Shown here piece by piece: positions 17,480 to 25,889 of a stretch of DNA of 27,134 bases. The notes under the pieces are model-generated. The model saw only the letters and a list, made by a program, of their open reading frames with translations. It was not told where the DNA came from and did no database searches. The stretch comes from Candidatus Heimdallarchaeota archaeon (GTDB lineage Archaea; Asgardarchaeota; Heimdallarchaeia; Heimdallarchaeales; Kariarchaeaceae): contig WAKA01000221.1 in the NCBI GenBank assembly GCA_015523565.1, positions 1 to 27,134 on the forward strand, read 5' to 3'. Position 1 is the stretch's first letter. Each line of letters opens with the position of its first letter. Position numbers and translations under genes: made by a program.

Positions 17480-19531
17480 ATGAGTTCTTACATTGGATTG
17501 AGGACATCTCTTGAGTTCAGTGCCAAGTTGGATGGGAACAGATTTTATATTCCCTCAAAGTTTAAGGAAATAGAAATTGGGAGCCTCATCCATTATTCAA
17601 TTGTCTCTTCAGACAATGCACCTCCAAAAGGAATTATCAAGGGAACAGTGATGAAAAAGAGACTGGTGTCAATACCCAAGGGATATGTACCCGACAACAA
17701 AAATGTAGTTGTAATCATTTTTGAAATATTCTATCCAATAAGAATTGAAGTAAAAAAGACATTTCAAAGTAGGGTGACTTCCCGTAAAACAATTCAACTC
17801 CCAAAAATTCTGGGATTGGCACCAGGGGATTTCGTGATTGGGAAAGTAATGTCAAACATAACAAAAAACCAAGAATTCCATGAGAAAGCAAGTTTCATGC
17901 AAAAGGTGACAAAAACAGGGGCGATCACACTTCCATTAAAACCAGATCAATTCCGTCCAAAAGACAGGATAGAATATGAAGTGGATTATATTATTAGGTC
18001 AGCGGAAAACATTGAGGAAAGCATTCCCTCGAACATCAGAATGGATATGACCTTTGGCTGGTCAAACACAGAAATAGAAATAATCTTTTCGACAAATCTT
18101 TTGGTTGATGTATCAAATAAGAAAATTGACCTCAAAGAGGGAGAAAACGAGAAAATAGTTGTTGATATGAGTGAAACAGAAGTTGCCATTACAATCTATT
18201 GGTGGCATCAGCAAAAACGACTTGCCTTCCTATTTTTTCAGGTGGAGGGCGAAATTGAATCCTTAGGTTCTTTTATTCAGAGCCTTGTCTATTTCAAGAA
18301 ATCAGAAATTGAAAATCTTCCAGTCAGCATGTTGAATCCGCAAACGCTAGAACGGAAATACAAGAGATTATTGTCTACCATGCACACCAGCTCACAAAAG
18401 CCAGCAATGGCATTGCCGATAAATGAGTTCACTCCTGCGGACATATTTGACCGAACAAAATTCAGCACTGAAGAGGCCACCATCCTGTCTATACTTTTGA
18501 CAAGACTGATAGAAGGCAAGCCAATCACGTCAATAAAGGATTTGAAAGGGTATCCCCTCAATATGGATGATCCAACATTGACGGTAAATGAACTGGTGAC
18601 AAAAGGATTTTTGAGCAAGACCATCGTAGACAATGAGGAAATCGGTTATACAATTCCAAGGTTTTACTTGAAGTCCACCATGAAATTTTTGGAGCAACAG
18701 AAATCATTATTAATCATCATCCATTCCTTTGGAGGAGGTGTGGCAAAAACCACCCTATCCGTAAATATGGGGAAAACCTTTGTTGACATGGGGCTAAGAT
18801 GTGTCGTCATAGATTTCGATTTTGTCAATTCCAGACTTATCCCGATATTTGAGCCATATCTTGAAAAAAGTGAAAGACATTATTTGAATGACTTTTTGAA
18901 TGGAAGTGCAAAAACAGAGGATATCATTCAGGAAACATCAATCAAGTCATTGGATGTAATATTGACGAGTCCAAGTTCAGATATTTTGGGTATCAAGAGT
19001 GCCCACCGTGAAAGGCACGCAGAGTTGCTGGAAAAATACATTGAATTGTTTTCGCAATTAAAAGACAACTATGATGTAATAATAGTGGATGCTGAAGGGT
19101 CATTGGATTTGAATATACTGAACATTTTCCTGTTGGCCGATTTAAGCATAATTCTTTCCAATGGCAATTCCTCAAGCCTGATTGGGCTTAAAAGCAGAAT
19201 TTCATTGATCTTGCAACGGATAGGTTTGGGAATAAGAAATGATGTGCTTGTACAGACACTTGTCCCAAAATCAAAAATGGAGTTGGCAAGAAGAAGGTTA
19301 CAGGATTGGGAAACAATATTTTCAGGCTATGGTGTCAGTATTTTTCCAGATCCAATAATTGATGAACCAAAGGTTCGAGAGTTAATCTATGAAGACAACT
19401 ATTTTTTGGAAAAAGAAACATTATTCCATAATTGGATAGAGAATTTTATGAAAAAAACGCCCAGAATTCAAAAATTTCTGGAATATAAAAAAAATTCAAA
19501 AGGAGTTGGCAAACAGAAAACCAAAGGATAG
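17480..19531 (+). CDS. Multidomain protein: four AbrB/MazE-like repeats, alpha/beta domain, winged helix, MinD/ParA-family P-loop domain
   Basis: Repeats at aa ~13-42, 53-82, 95-124, 139-171. wHTH at aa ~328-393. C-terminal HSFGGGVAKTT, VVIDFDF, YDVIIVDA and LADL motifs. Confidence 0.75.
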   Translation: MSSYIGLRTSLEFSAKLDGNRFYIPSKFKEIEIGSLIHYSIVSSDNAPPKGIIKGTVMKKRLVSIPKGYVPDNKNVVVIIFEIFYPIRIEVKKTFQSRVTSRKTIQLPKILGLAPGDFVIGKVMSNITKNQEFHEKASFMQKVTKTGAITLPLKPDQFRPKDRIEYEVDYIIRSAENIEESIPSNIRMDMTFGWSNTEIEIIFSTNLLVDVSNKKIDLKEGENEKIVVDMSETEVAITIYWWHQQKRLAFLFFQVEGEIESLGSFIQSLVYFKKSEIENLPVSMLNPQTLERKYKRLLSTMHTSSQKPAMALPINEFTPADIFDRTKFSTEEATILSILLTRLIEGKPITSIKDLKGYPLNMDDPTLTVNELVTKGFLSKTIVDNEEIGYTIPRFYLKSTMKFLEQQKSLLIIIHSFGGGVAKTTLSVNMGKTFVDMGLRCVVIDFDFVNSRLIPIFEPYLEKSERHYLNDFLNGSAKTEDIIQETSIKSLDVILTSPSSDILGIKSAHRERHAELLEKYIELFSQLKDNYDVIIVDAEGSLDLNILNIFLLADLSIILSNGNSSSLIGLKSRISLILQRIGLGIRNDVLVQTLVPKSKMELARRRLQDWETIFSGYGVSIFPDPIIDEPKVRELIYEDNYFLEKETLFHNWIENFMKKTPRIQKFLEYKKNSKGVGKQKTKG

Positions 19532-19544
19532 AAAAGTTTTTATT
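19531..19544 (+). promoter_or_regulatory. BRE/TATA promoter of the peptide-TPR cassette
   Basis: GAAAAG followed by TTTTTATT, with the TATA at -30 to -23 from the ATG at 19567. Confidence 0.6.
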
Positions 19545-19566
19545 TTGAATCAGAAGACATTGAATC

Positions 19567-19740
19567 ATGTACGGAAAAATATTTTGGAAAAAACTTTTGT
19601 TGGCTCTTCTACCTATGCTTGCTGGGATTTCACTTTCCATGGTCATGGCAGTGAACGGTATTTTGATTGCAGATCCTTGTGAAGACCCAGATCGTGTAGT
19701 GCCTGTCCCAATGTGTTGGATGGATCTCCCTAACCCCTAA
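19567..19740 (+). CDS. 57-aa secreted or membrane-anchored peptide precursor (absent from ORF track)
   Basis: Hand translation MYGKIFWKKLLLALLPMLAGISLSMVMAVNGILIADPCEDPDRVVPVPMCWMDLPNP. Basic n-region, hydrophobic h-region, acidic Pro-rich tail. Fills the intergenic gap, has its own TATA box, and stops 5 nt before the TPR gene. Confidence 0.8.
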   Translation: MYGKIFWKKLLLALLPMLAGISLSMVMAVNGILIADPCEDPDRVVPVPMCWMDLPNP

Positions 19741-19745
19741 AATCC

Positions 19746-21662
19746 GTGGTAAAATTGGGATTTTTCAAAAAACTTTTTCTTTCTGGTCAAATTGAACAGT
19801 TTTGGGAAGAAGCAAAGAATTTCAAGGAAAAGGAAGACATTTTAGCGGATTATTTTGTCAAAAAGAGTATATGGGGAGAATATGACACAACAAATATTTC
19901 ACGGGATTACAAAGTGATTGTCACATCCGTGATAATGGGGAACAATAACGAAGAAGTTGTCATAGAAGGTGCAGAAGCATTAGAAAGTTTGCTCTATGAG
20001 ATAAAGCATATTTCCAGCCTTGACGAAAAGGAGCTCATGAGATATGAACCACCAATCCAATATTCAAAAGTTGAAGGGTTTATCCAATCATTTGTTTTTG
20101 CTAAAGCAAAAAAATTCATGCCAAGTGACAGGCTAAAGGAAATTTTGGAGAACAGGCTATTTGAGGAAACAGACAGAATTGTCCAGATTAGGCTTGTCAC
20201 TCTTTTATTGGAATTAAACAAAAGCGACAGGGAGAAAACGATTGAATATCTGAAAAATCTGATACGATTGTACAAGGAATTGAAATTCAATGAACCATTA
20301 CCAAAGTTATATCACAATTTGGCATTTATTTATCAGAAACTGGGAGATTATATACAGGCAATGGATGCAGTAAATTTAGCGATTGGATATTGGAAGAAGC
20401 AAGACAGCCCAGACAAATTGACAACTTCATTGCACCTGAAGGTCGTTATTGAACAAAATTGGGGAAAACTTGAAAATGCCAAGAAAACCTTGGAAGAGGC
20501 AATGACATATGCAAATGAGAAATCCCTGCCAAAATTGTTGCATATGAGAGGACTGATAGAGGAAAATCAAGGAAACTACAAAAATGCAACCACATACCTA
20601 AAAAAAGCGATAAGCATGATTAGACCGACAGAAAGCCCATATCTTTGGACATATATCAATTTAGATCTTGCCATGATCTTGTTGGAGGAAGGAAACTATC
20701 AAGAGAGCGAAAGAATTTTCCAAAAATTAAAGGGAACAGTTCATGATAAGCTTCAAGGGGTTTTTGCATTGCGTTATGCAAAGTTCCTGTTGATGAAGGG
20801 GGAAGTATATAAAGCGCAGACATGGATAAATAAAGCCCATAAACTATTGAAGGAAAGCTCAAACCCGATTTATACGCCTCAACTCTTTCTTGTCTTGGCA
20901 GGAGTCCATCATTCACTTGGACAGTATGGAAAGGCATTGAATGCGTACAAAAAAGCCATTGAATTGTATAAATCGCTGAAGAACAACTATCTTTTAATTG
21001 ACTGTCTTTTCGGGATGTTAATCACGTTAATTCAAATGAAAGACCTTGAGACTGCAAAAAGCATTCAGAAGGAAATTGAGAGCTTAGAGACCAAGGGTAG
21101 CTCAACTTACATTGAAAGTATCAGGGCACTGTCAAAAGCCATAATCCTCCTTAGCAAAAGACGTATCAGAGCCATGATAGAGGCAGAAGGCATTTTAAGA
21201 AACATCATTGAGAATAAGGAACTAGAGATTGCCTTGCGTTTTATTGCAACAGCATATTTGATAGAAATCCTATTAGTGGATTACCAGACATCCGAGGATC
21301 AAGAAATAATGAATGAGATCAATGAATTGGTTAGCCCGTTGATGGAACTTGGGAAAAAAACTGCACCCACATTTTTCATAGACAGTAAAATCCTGATTGC
21401 TCGAATCAATTTTGCACAGGGAGACATGGCGAAATCCATCGAGATACTTGATGAGGCATTGGAACTTGCAGAAATCTACGGATTGGAAAGCTATAAGGAA
21501 AAAGTGAAACATGAAATGGGATTGCTTGATGAAAAACTTGAGAGCATGACAATCCTTCTTGAGCAAAACAAATCAGTAAGGGACAGATTTCAAGAAGCAA
21601 AAATACACGACTATTTGAACACGATAGCAAATTCAGCGCTGGTATTACGACGTATGGAATGA
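19746..21662 (+). CDS. Tetratricopeptide repeat protein, cytoplasmic
   Basis: Repeated TPR units (LYHNLAFIYQKLGDYIQA, LLHMRGLIEENQGNYKNA, LAGVHHSLGQYGKALNAY). C-terminal helical region resembles the TPR family I recall as expanded in Asgard archaea. No signal peptide or TM segment. Confidence 0.88.
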   Translation: MVKLGFFKKLFLSGQIEQFWEEAKNFKEKEDILADYFVKKSIWGEYDTTNISRDYKVIVTSVIMGNNNEEVVIEGAEALESLLYEIKHISSLDEKELMRYEPPIQYSKVEGFIQSFVFAKAKKFMPSDRLKEILENRLFEETDRIVQIRLVTLLLELNKSDREKTIEYLKNLIRLYKELKFNEPLPKLYHNLAFIYQKLGDYIQAMDAVNLAIGYWKKQDSPDKLTTSLHLKVVIEQNWGKLENAKKTLEEAMTYANEKSLPKLLHMRGLIEENQGNYKNATTYLKKAISMIRPTESPYLWTYINLDLAMILLEEGNYQESERIFQKLKGTVHDKLQGVFALRYAKFLLMKGEVYKAQTWINKAHKLLKESSNPIYTPQLFLVLAGVHHSLGQYGKALNAYKKAIELYKSLKNNYLLIDCLFGMLITLIQMKDLETAKSIQKEIESLETKGSSTYIESIRALSKAIILLSKRRIRAMIEAEGILRNIIENKELEIALRFIATAYLIEILLVDYQTSEDQEIMNEINELVSPLMELGKKTAPTFFIDSKILIARINFAQGDMAKSIEILDEALELAEIYGLESYKEKVKHEMGLLDEKLESMTILLEQNKSVRDRFQEAKIHDYLNTIANSALVLRRME

Positions 21663-21687
21663 AACTTTCCCTTGAGCAAGCATTTTT

Positions 21688-22389
21688 ATGTCACCAAGCA
21701 AAAAGTCTGTCATGCGAAACCCATTCAGGAAACAGATAAGAACTGCAAACTTGGAAGACTATGGAGAGCTTTCCCCAAAAGAACTTCGAAAGAAACAGCG
21801 TATCCCGCCAGGACAAAGACTTGCCAAGAGATGGCCAGTGCTATCCGCAGAACCGACACCAAAATTCAATGGGGTAGATTGGGATGTCACTGTTAACGGG
21901 CTGGTGGAAAACCCGACCACTTGGACATGGGAAGAGTTCAAGAAACTACCAAAGGTGGAACAGGTCAGCGACCTGCATTGTGTAACTACATGGTCATTAT
22001 TGGATCAGAAATTCGGAGGAGTGGCTTTCAAGACAATAGTGGACATTGTAAAACCCCTGCCAGAAGCAAAGTTTGTCACTTTCGAGGCATACAGTGGTTA
22101 TACAACAGCATTGCCTCTTTATGGTGGTTATCTCGATGAAAATGATGTGCTTCTTGCGTATGAGCATGATGGAAAACCGCTTCCACCAGACCATGGGGGA
22201 CCGCTCAGATCACTCGTACCGCAGCTCTATCTTTGGAAATCGGTCAAATGGCTCACAAAAATGACATTCACGGATGTTTGGGAAAGAGGGTTCTGGGAAG
22301 TGAGAGGATATCACCAAAGAGGAGACCCTTGGCTTGAAGAAAGATACAGTTCACAAGAAAGGGTTAGAAGGCGAAACCAAAAGTTATAG
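21688..22389 (+). CDS. Sulfite-oxidase-family molybdopterin oxidoreductase (YuiH-like)
   Basis: Motifs IPPGQ, DLHCVTTWS (Mo-ligating Cys), PLPPDHGGPLR, YLWKSVKWL, GFWEVRGYH. Confidence 0.92.
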   Translation: MSPSKKSVMRNPFRKQIRTANLEDYGELSPKELRKKQRIPPGQRLAKRWPVLSAEPTPKFNGVDWDVTVNGLVENPTTWTWEEFKKLPKVEQVSDLHCVTTWSLLDQKFGGVAFKTIVDIVKPLPEAKFVTFEAYSGYTTALPLYGGYLDENDVLLAYEHDGKPLPPDHGGPLRSLVPQLYLWKSVKWLTKMTFTDVWERGFWEVRGYHQRGDPWLEERYSSQERVRRRNQKL

Positions 22390-22463
22390 CCACCTATTGA
22401 AGACAAGGCATATCAGTCACCATAGTCAGCCCTATCCCTGTAATTTAATGATTACAAACCAAG

Positions 22464-23870
22464 TCATTCCACCACAGGATAAAGCGTAACAACTTTTTTT
22501 TGCCTTTTCCTAAGGATAATCATGGCAATAAGCACGACCCCGACACCAATAGTAAGCCACCAACCATATGACAAATATGGAACACCAACATCGGCAATTG
22601 TGACATTATAGTCAATTATGAATTGACGGGCACCCAAAGCAATCCCCCCTGCAAATGGGTCGTATTTATACTCTTGGGCGAACACCCACAGTTTTCCCTC
22701 CACATCGGCTACGGCAAGGGGAACAAAATACACGGTAAGTCCGTCATTACTTTCCTCAAAAGGAATTTCAAATGGAACAAGTGAAGACCCATTTGAATAA
22801 AATCCCAGCAACTGACTTGTCCTGTTCTCAATAGAATATTTTGATGCAATTTGCAAACCTCGAACAGCCATGGGAATAAGATATGGAGCCATTTTCGCAA
22901 AGGCAATCTCAAGGGGATTTGACTTTTTCGGCAAGGGAATGCCCTCATCATAATAGGTGCCACGCAATAAGGTTTTATTGCCTTGCAACAGCATGTATTG
23001 AAAAGTGCTGTTCTTATAAGTGACCCCAAGGGAGATGTTCCTTGCAATGTCAATGGGATATGTGCGTGTAAAAACAATATTTGGGAAATAAGTGCCAATG
23101 AATGGAAATGAGATTTCTGAAAGAGTGAAGTTTAAGGTGCTTGGATCAACCTTTCCAACCACCCTTTCTGAAACGTTCGGATAATATTCGGTATCCCAAG
23201 AGATCAAATAAATCAAGCCGTCTGATGCAATCATTTCATTCCTATCCTTGAATGTGTATCGCGGGAAATAATATGTAGAATTGGCGATGATATTACCATT
23301 AGCCGTATCAATCCTGAAAATTCCAATCCCGTCTACTTTATTGGTTCGTATAATTAAGGATACAAAAAGGAAACCAGAAAAAAACTCTCCAAGGATAGCT
23401 TCTATAGTTGCTAACTGACCATCAGGGATTGCAGTGGAAAGCGCATCCCTGAGATCCAATCTCCAAAGTGAGGATAGATCATTCTTCTTCAGTTTATTAA
23501 TGGCATACAGAAATCCAACGTTACGTGTCAGGACATATGCTGATTCGTTGTCAACAGAAAGGATTCCCTCAATATTCTCTGAAAACGAACGTTTTGTGTA
23601 ATTCAGGTTCCTATTAATGGAAAGCAAAACAGTCTCAGTGGGAGAAAAATCAAATAACTGCCCAACAGCCACATAGGAACCGTCAGAGAAGGGCAAGACC
23701 TGTTTGAACTCATAGCTTGCCAAACCAGAGGAATTCATGATGGTATATGGAAACGTTGCAGGAGAGGTTAAGGAATTTTCATTGTTTGTATCATAAAACC
23801 CAAGCAAACCAGCAACCAGAAGCAACAAAAAAATTATTGACAACGCCGGGATGCTTTTGGAATATAACAT
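22464..23870 (-). CDS. Cell-surface glycoprotein: N-terminal signal, beta-rich body, C-terminal TM anchor
   Basis: Hydrophobic N-terminus, 12 NxS/T sequons counted by eye, C-terminal TM followed by RKRQKK. Confidence 0.75.
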   Translation of the reverse strand: MLYSKSIPALSIIFLLLLVAGLLGFYDTNNENSLTSPATFPYTIMNSSGLASYEFKQVLPFSDGSYVAVGQLFDFSPTETVLLSINRNLNYTKRSFSENIEGILSVDNESAYVLTRNVGFLYAINKLKKNDLSSLWRLDLRDALSTAIPDGQLATIEAILGEFFSGFLFVSLIIRTNKVDGIGIFRIDTANGNIIANSTYYFPRYTFKDRNEMIASDGLIYLISWDTEYYPNVSERVVGKVDPSTLNFTLSEISFPFIGTYFPNIVFTRTYPIDIARNISLGVTYKNSTFQYMLLQGNKTLLRGTYYDEGIPLPKKSNPLEIAFAKMAPYLIPMAVRGLQIASKYSIENRTSQLLGFYSNGSSLVPFEIPFEESNDGLTVYFVPLAVADVEGKLWVFAQEYKYDPFAGGIALGARQFIIDYNVTIADVGVPYLSYGWWLTIGVGVVLIAMIILRKRQKKVVTLYPVVE

Positions 23871-23919
23871 AATCCACTATGTTGGGCTAGCTAAAAAAAA
23901 ATTTTCGAATGCATTAGAC

Positions 23920-24309
23920 TTAATGACTGCAACAACTTTTTTCAGGCTCTTTCATAGGTTGAAGCTTGCCCTCGATCCAAAGTCTTGTAGCATCACCAAC
24001 CGTGTCTGCATCATTAGCATCCAGAACAGTTATCCCTCTTTCACGAAACATGTTATACGGTTTGCTCCCCAAATGGGAGGTGATCACGAATGTCGCACCC
24101 GCATTGGCAACAACATCGGCAGGAGTGTCGGTACCACCAAAATGATGATTTGTGTTTTTGACCAATGAGAATTCACCAGTATCAGAATCAAAAAGGGCAT
24201 AATATGGAACCCTGCCAAAATGTTTGCCCAAATGTGCAGATGAAATTCCAATATCATTTTCGCCAGTTTTTATGGGTAATATCGCCTTTGCCATAAGTAA
24301 CATGGGCAT
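23920..24309 (-). CDS. NifB/NifX family (FeMo-cofactor-binding fold) protein
   Basis: Motifs HFGRVPYYAL, VITSHLG, GITV and C-terminal CCSH. True start may be a later in-frame Met such as 24294. Confidence 0.88.
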   Translation of the reverse strand: MPMLLMAKAILPIKTGENDIGISSAHLGKHFGRVPYYALFDSDTGEFSLVKNTNHHFGGTDTPADVVANAGATFVITSHLGSKPYNMFRERGITVLDANDADTVGDATRLWIEGKLQPMKEPEKSCCSH

Positions 24310-24442
24310 TTACTATTCTTAAGTTAGGAGATAAGACATGTCATCAATTGACACATGATAAAATAGGCAAAAAAATAGGTTTGCATAGAAGATTACTTGT
24401 AACTTGTATTAACAAAAGACAACCAAGCTTGTCAACCTATAG

Positions 24443-25447
24443 TCAAATAGAAATAATGTCTATCAATGCCTTCAGTTTCATTTTCGTTTCACTTTCTGGA
24501 TAATCTGCCAGCACATCATAACATTTTTGCTTGTATGTTTTACAGTGCTCCTTGACTGCCGCAGTTCCACCAGAACGGATCAAAATTTGGCGAATTAGCT
24601 CAGGGTCATAATCTTTGTCTCTGAGATAATAGTCCTCCAAAACCCTGCGGTCATCAGGATTTGCACGTCTCATCGCCTCTATCGTAATCAGGCTTTGGAA
24701 ACGGTTTGTAATGTCACTGTCTGGTTCCTTGCCTAAATCGTCAAATGTGCCTTCTATAGCAAGAATGTCATCACGAAGTTGGTAAGCAGTGCCATAATCA
24801 TCCCCGAACTGTGTCATTTTCTCAATCGTTATGGGATCATCTGTCGCCAACAATACAGCACATTTTGCCGCAGACATAAACAAAGACGATGTTTTTCGTC
24901 TTAGGATTTCCATGAAAAATTCCTCAGAAATCACTTTGCTTGATTTCAGATCCTTTGACAGGAACAGTGCAGATGAAAGTTGAGAAGCCGCCTTTCCAAC
25001 AGTTCTTACCACTTCTGCATGCTTTGTCCGCGTCGCCAAGTCAAAAACGAATGCAGAAAGGTTATAAGCAATGGACAGCGCTGCAAACGTTCCGTGTTTC
25101 ACAAAAAATGCTAAATCACCCCGCCTCATTTCATCACGGTCAAAAATATCATCTACAATCAACGACGCATTATGAGCTATCTCAATAGATGCTAAAATCG
25201 GAAGCAAGCGATCCAACGGGGCATCATCGCCTTTGATCAGACGATAAACGTAGATCGAGAGCAATGGACGAAGTTTTTTGCCCCTTTTACCAAAATAGGG
25301 AGAAATCATCTTCGTGATTATTGAATCTTCACCATATTCTTCCTTGATTATTTCATCCAGTGTATCAATAATTGTCTGACGGTCATCTGCAAACGGATCA
25401 GACCGTGCCTTTGCTGAGTCGCGCGATTTTAACATAAGCTTATTCAT
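24443..25447 (-). CDS. Trans-isoprenyl (polyprenyl) diphosphate synthase
   Basis: Motifs GKKLRP, HNASLIVDDIFDRDEMRRG (FARM), KT, AYQLRDDILA, LGKEPDSDI. Confidence 0.93.
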   Translation of the reverse strand: MNKLMLKSRDSAKARSDPFADDRQTIIDTLDEIIKEEYGEDSIITKMISPYFGKRGKKLRPLLSIYVYRLIKGDDAPLDRLLPILASIEIAHNASLIVDDIFDRDEMRRGDLAFFVKHGTFAALSIAYNLSAFVFDLATRTKHAEVVRTVGKAASQLSSALFLSKDLKSSKVISEEFFMEILRRKTSSLFMSAAKCAVLLATDDPITIEKMTQFGDDYGTAYQLRDDILAIEGTFDDLGKEPDSDITNRFQSLITIEAMRRANPDDRRVLEDYYLRDKDYDPELIRQILIRSGGTAAVKEHCKTYKQKCYDVLADYPESETKMKLKALIDIISI

Positions 25448-25768
25448 CTTTTCCCTTTTACTGATATAAAATATACTGATTGTGTCCCAACAACTTTACC
25501 ACATTTCATGAAGCATAATGAAAAAAAACACAAGAGATTAAAAAACAATATTTTTCGTACAATGGTGAAAACCACTCATAGAAAATTTTTGAACAGTCAA
25601 TGCTTTTGAATGTTTTATTGATAGGAAACAAAATTTGTTTACAATATGAATAATATAAAAGCATATTTTTTAGGATCTATGAATAAAAAAACACAAATTC
25701 GAACCGTCAATAATAAGTGGTCGAAAATCTAGCCAAACCTTTCCAAATGCGTTCTTTCAAACCAAACC

Positions 25769-25856
25769 ATGTATATTGGGATTGGACAAGCAAGCAGACT
25801 ATTAGGTGTCTCCGTCCATAGTCACTGTAATTAATGACAAGGGAAGTGAAAAATAA
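25769..25856 (+). pseudogene. 5' remnant of IS607-family TnpA (MerR-type HTH)
   Basis: ATG at 25769 reads MYIGIGQASRLLGVS, matching the typical IS607 TnpA start, then stops at 25834. A shifted frame continues IVTVINDKG. Confidence 0.55.
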
Positions 25857-25889
25857 ATGTTTCTAATTTAGAGGAGAGCCTATTTCCCA

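Noticed and set aside
19446-19646. 66-aa minus-strand ORF overlapping the peptide gene
   Set aside because: Antisense to two plus-strand genes with no recognisable features. The plus-strand 57-aa ORF has promoter, operon fit and signal-peptide structure.
23920-24309. NifB/NifX protein as evidence of nitrogen fixation
   Set aside because: The family is widespread in non-diazotrophic archaea and no nif structural genes are present.
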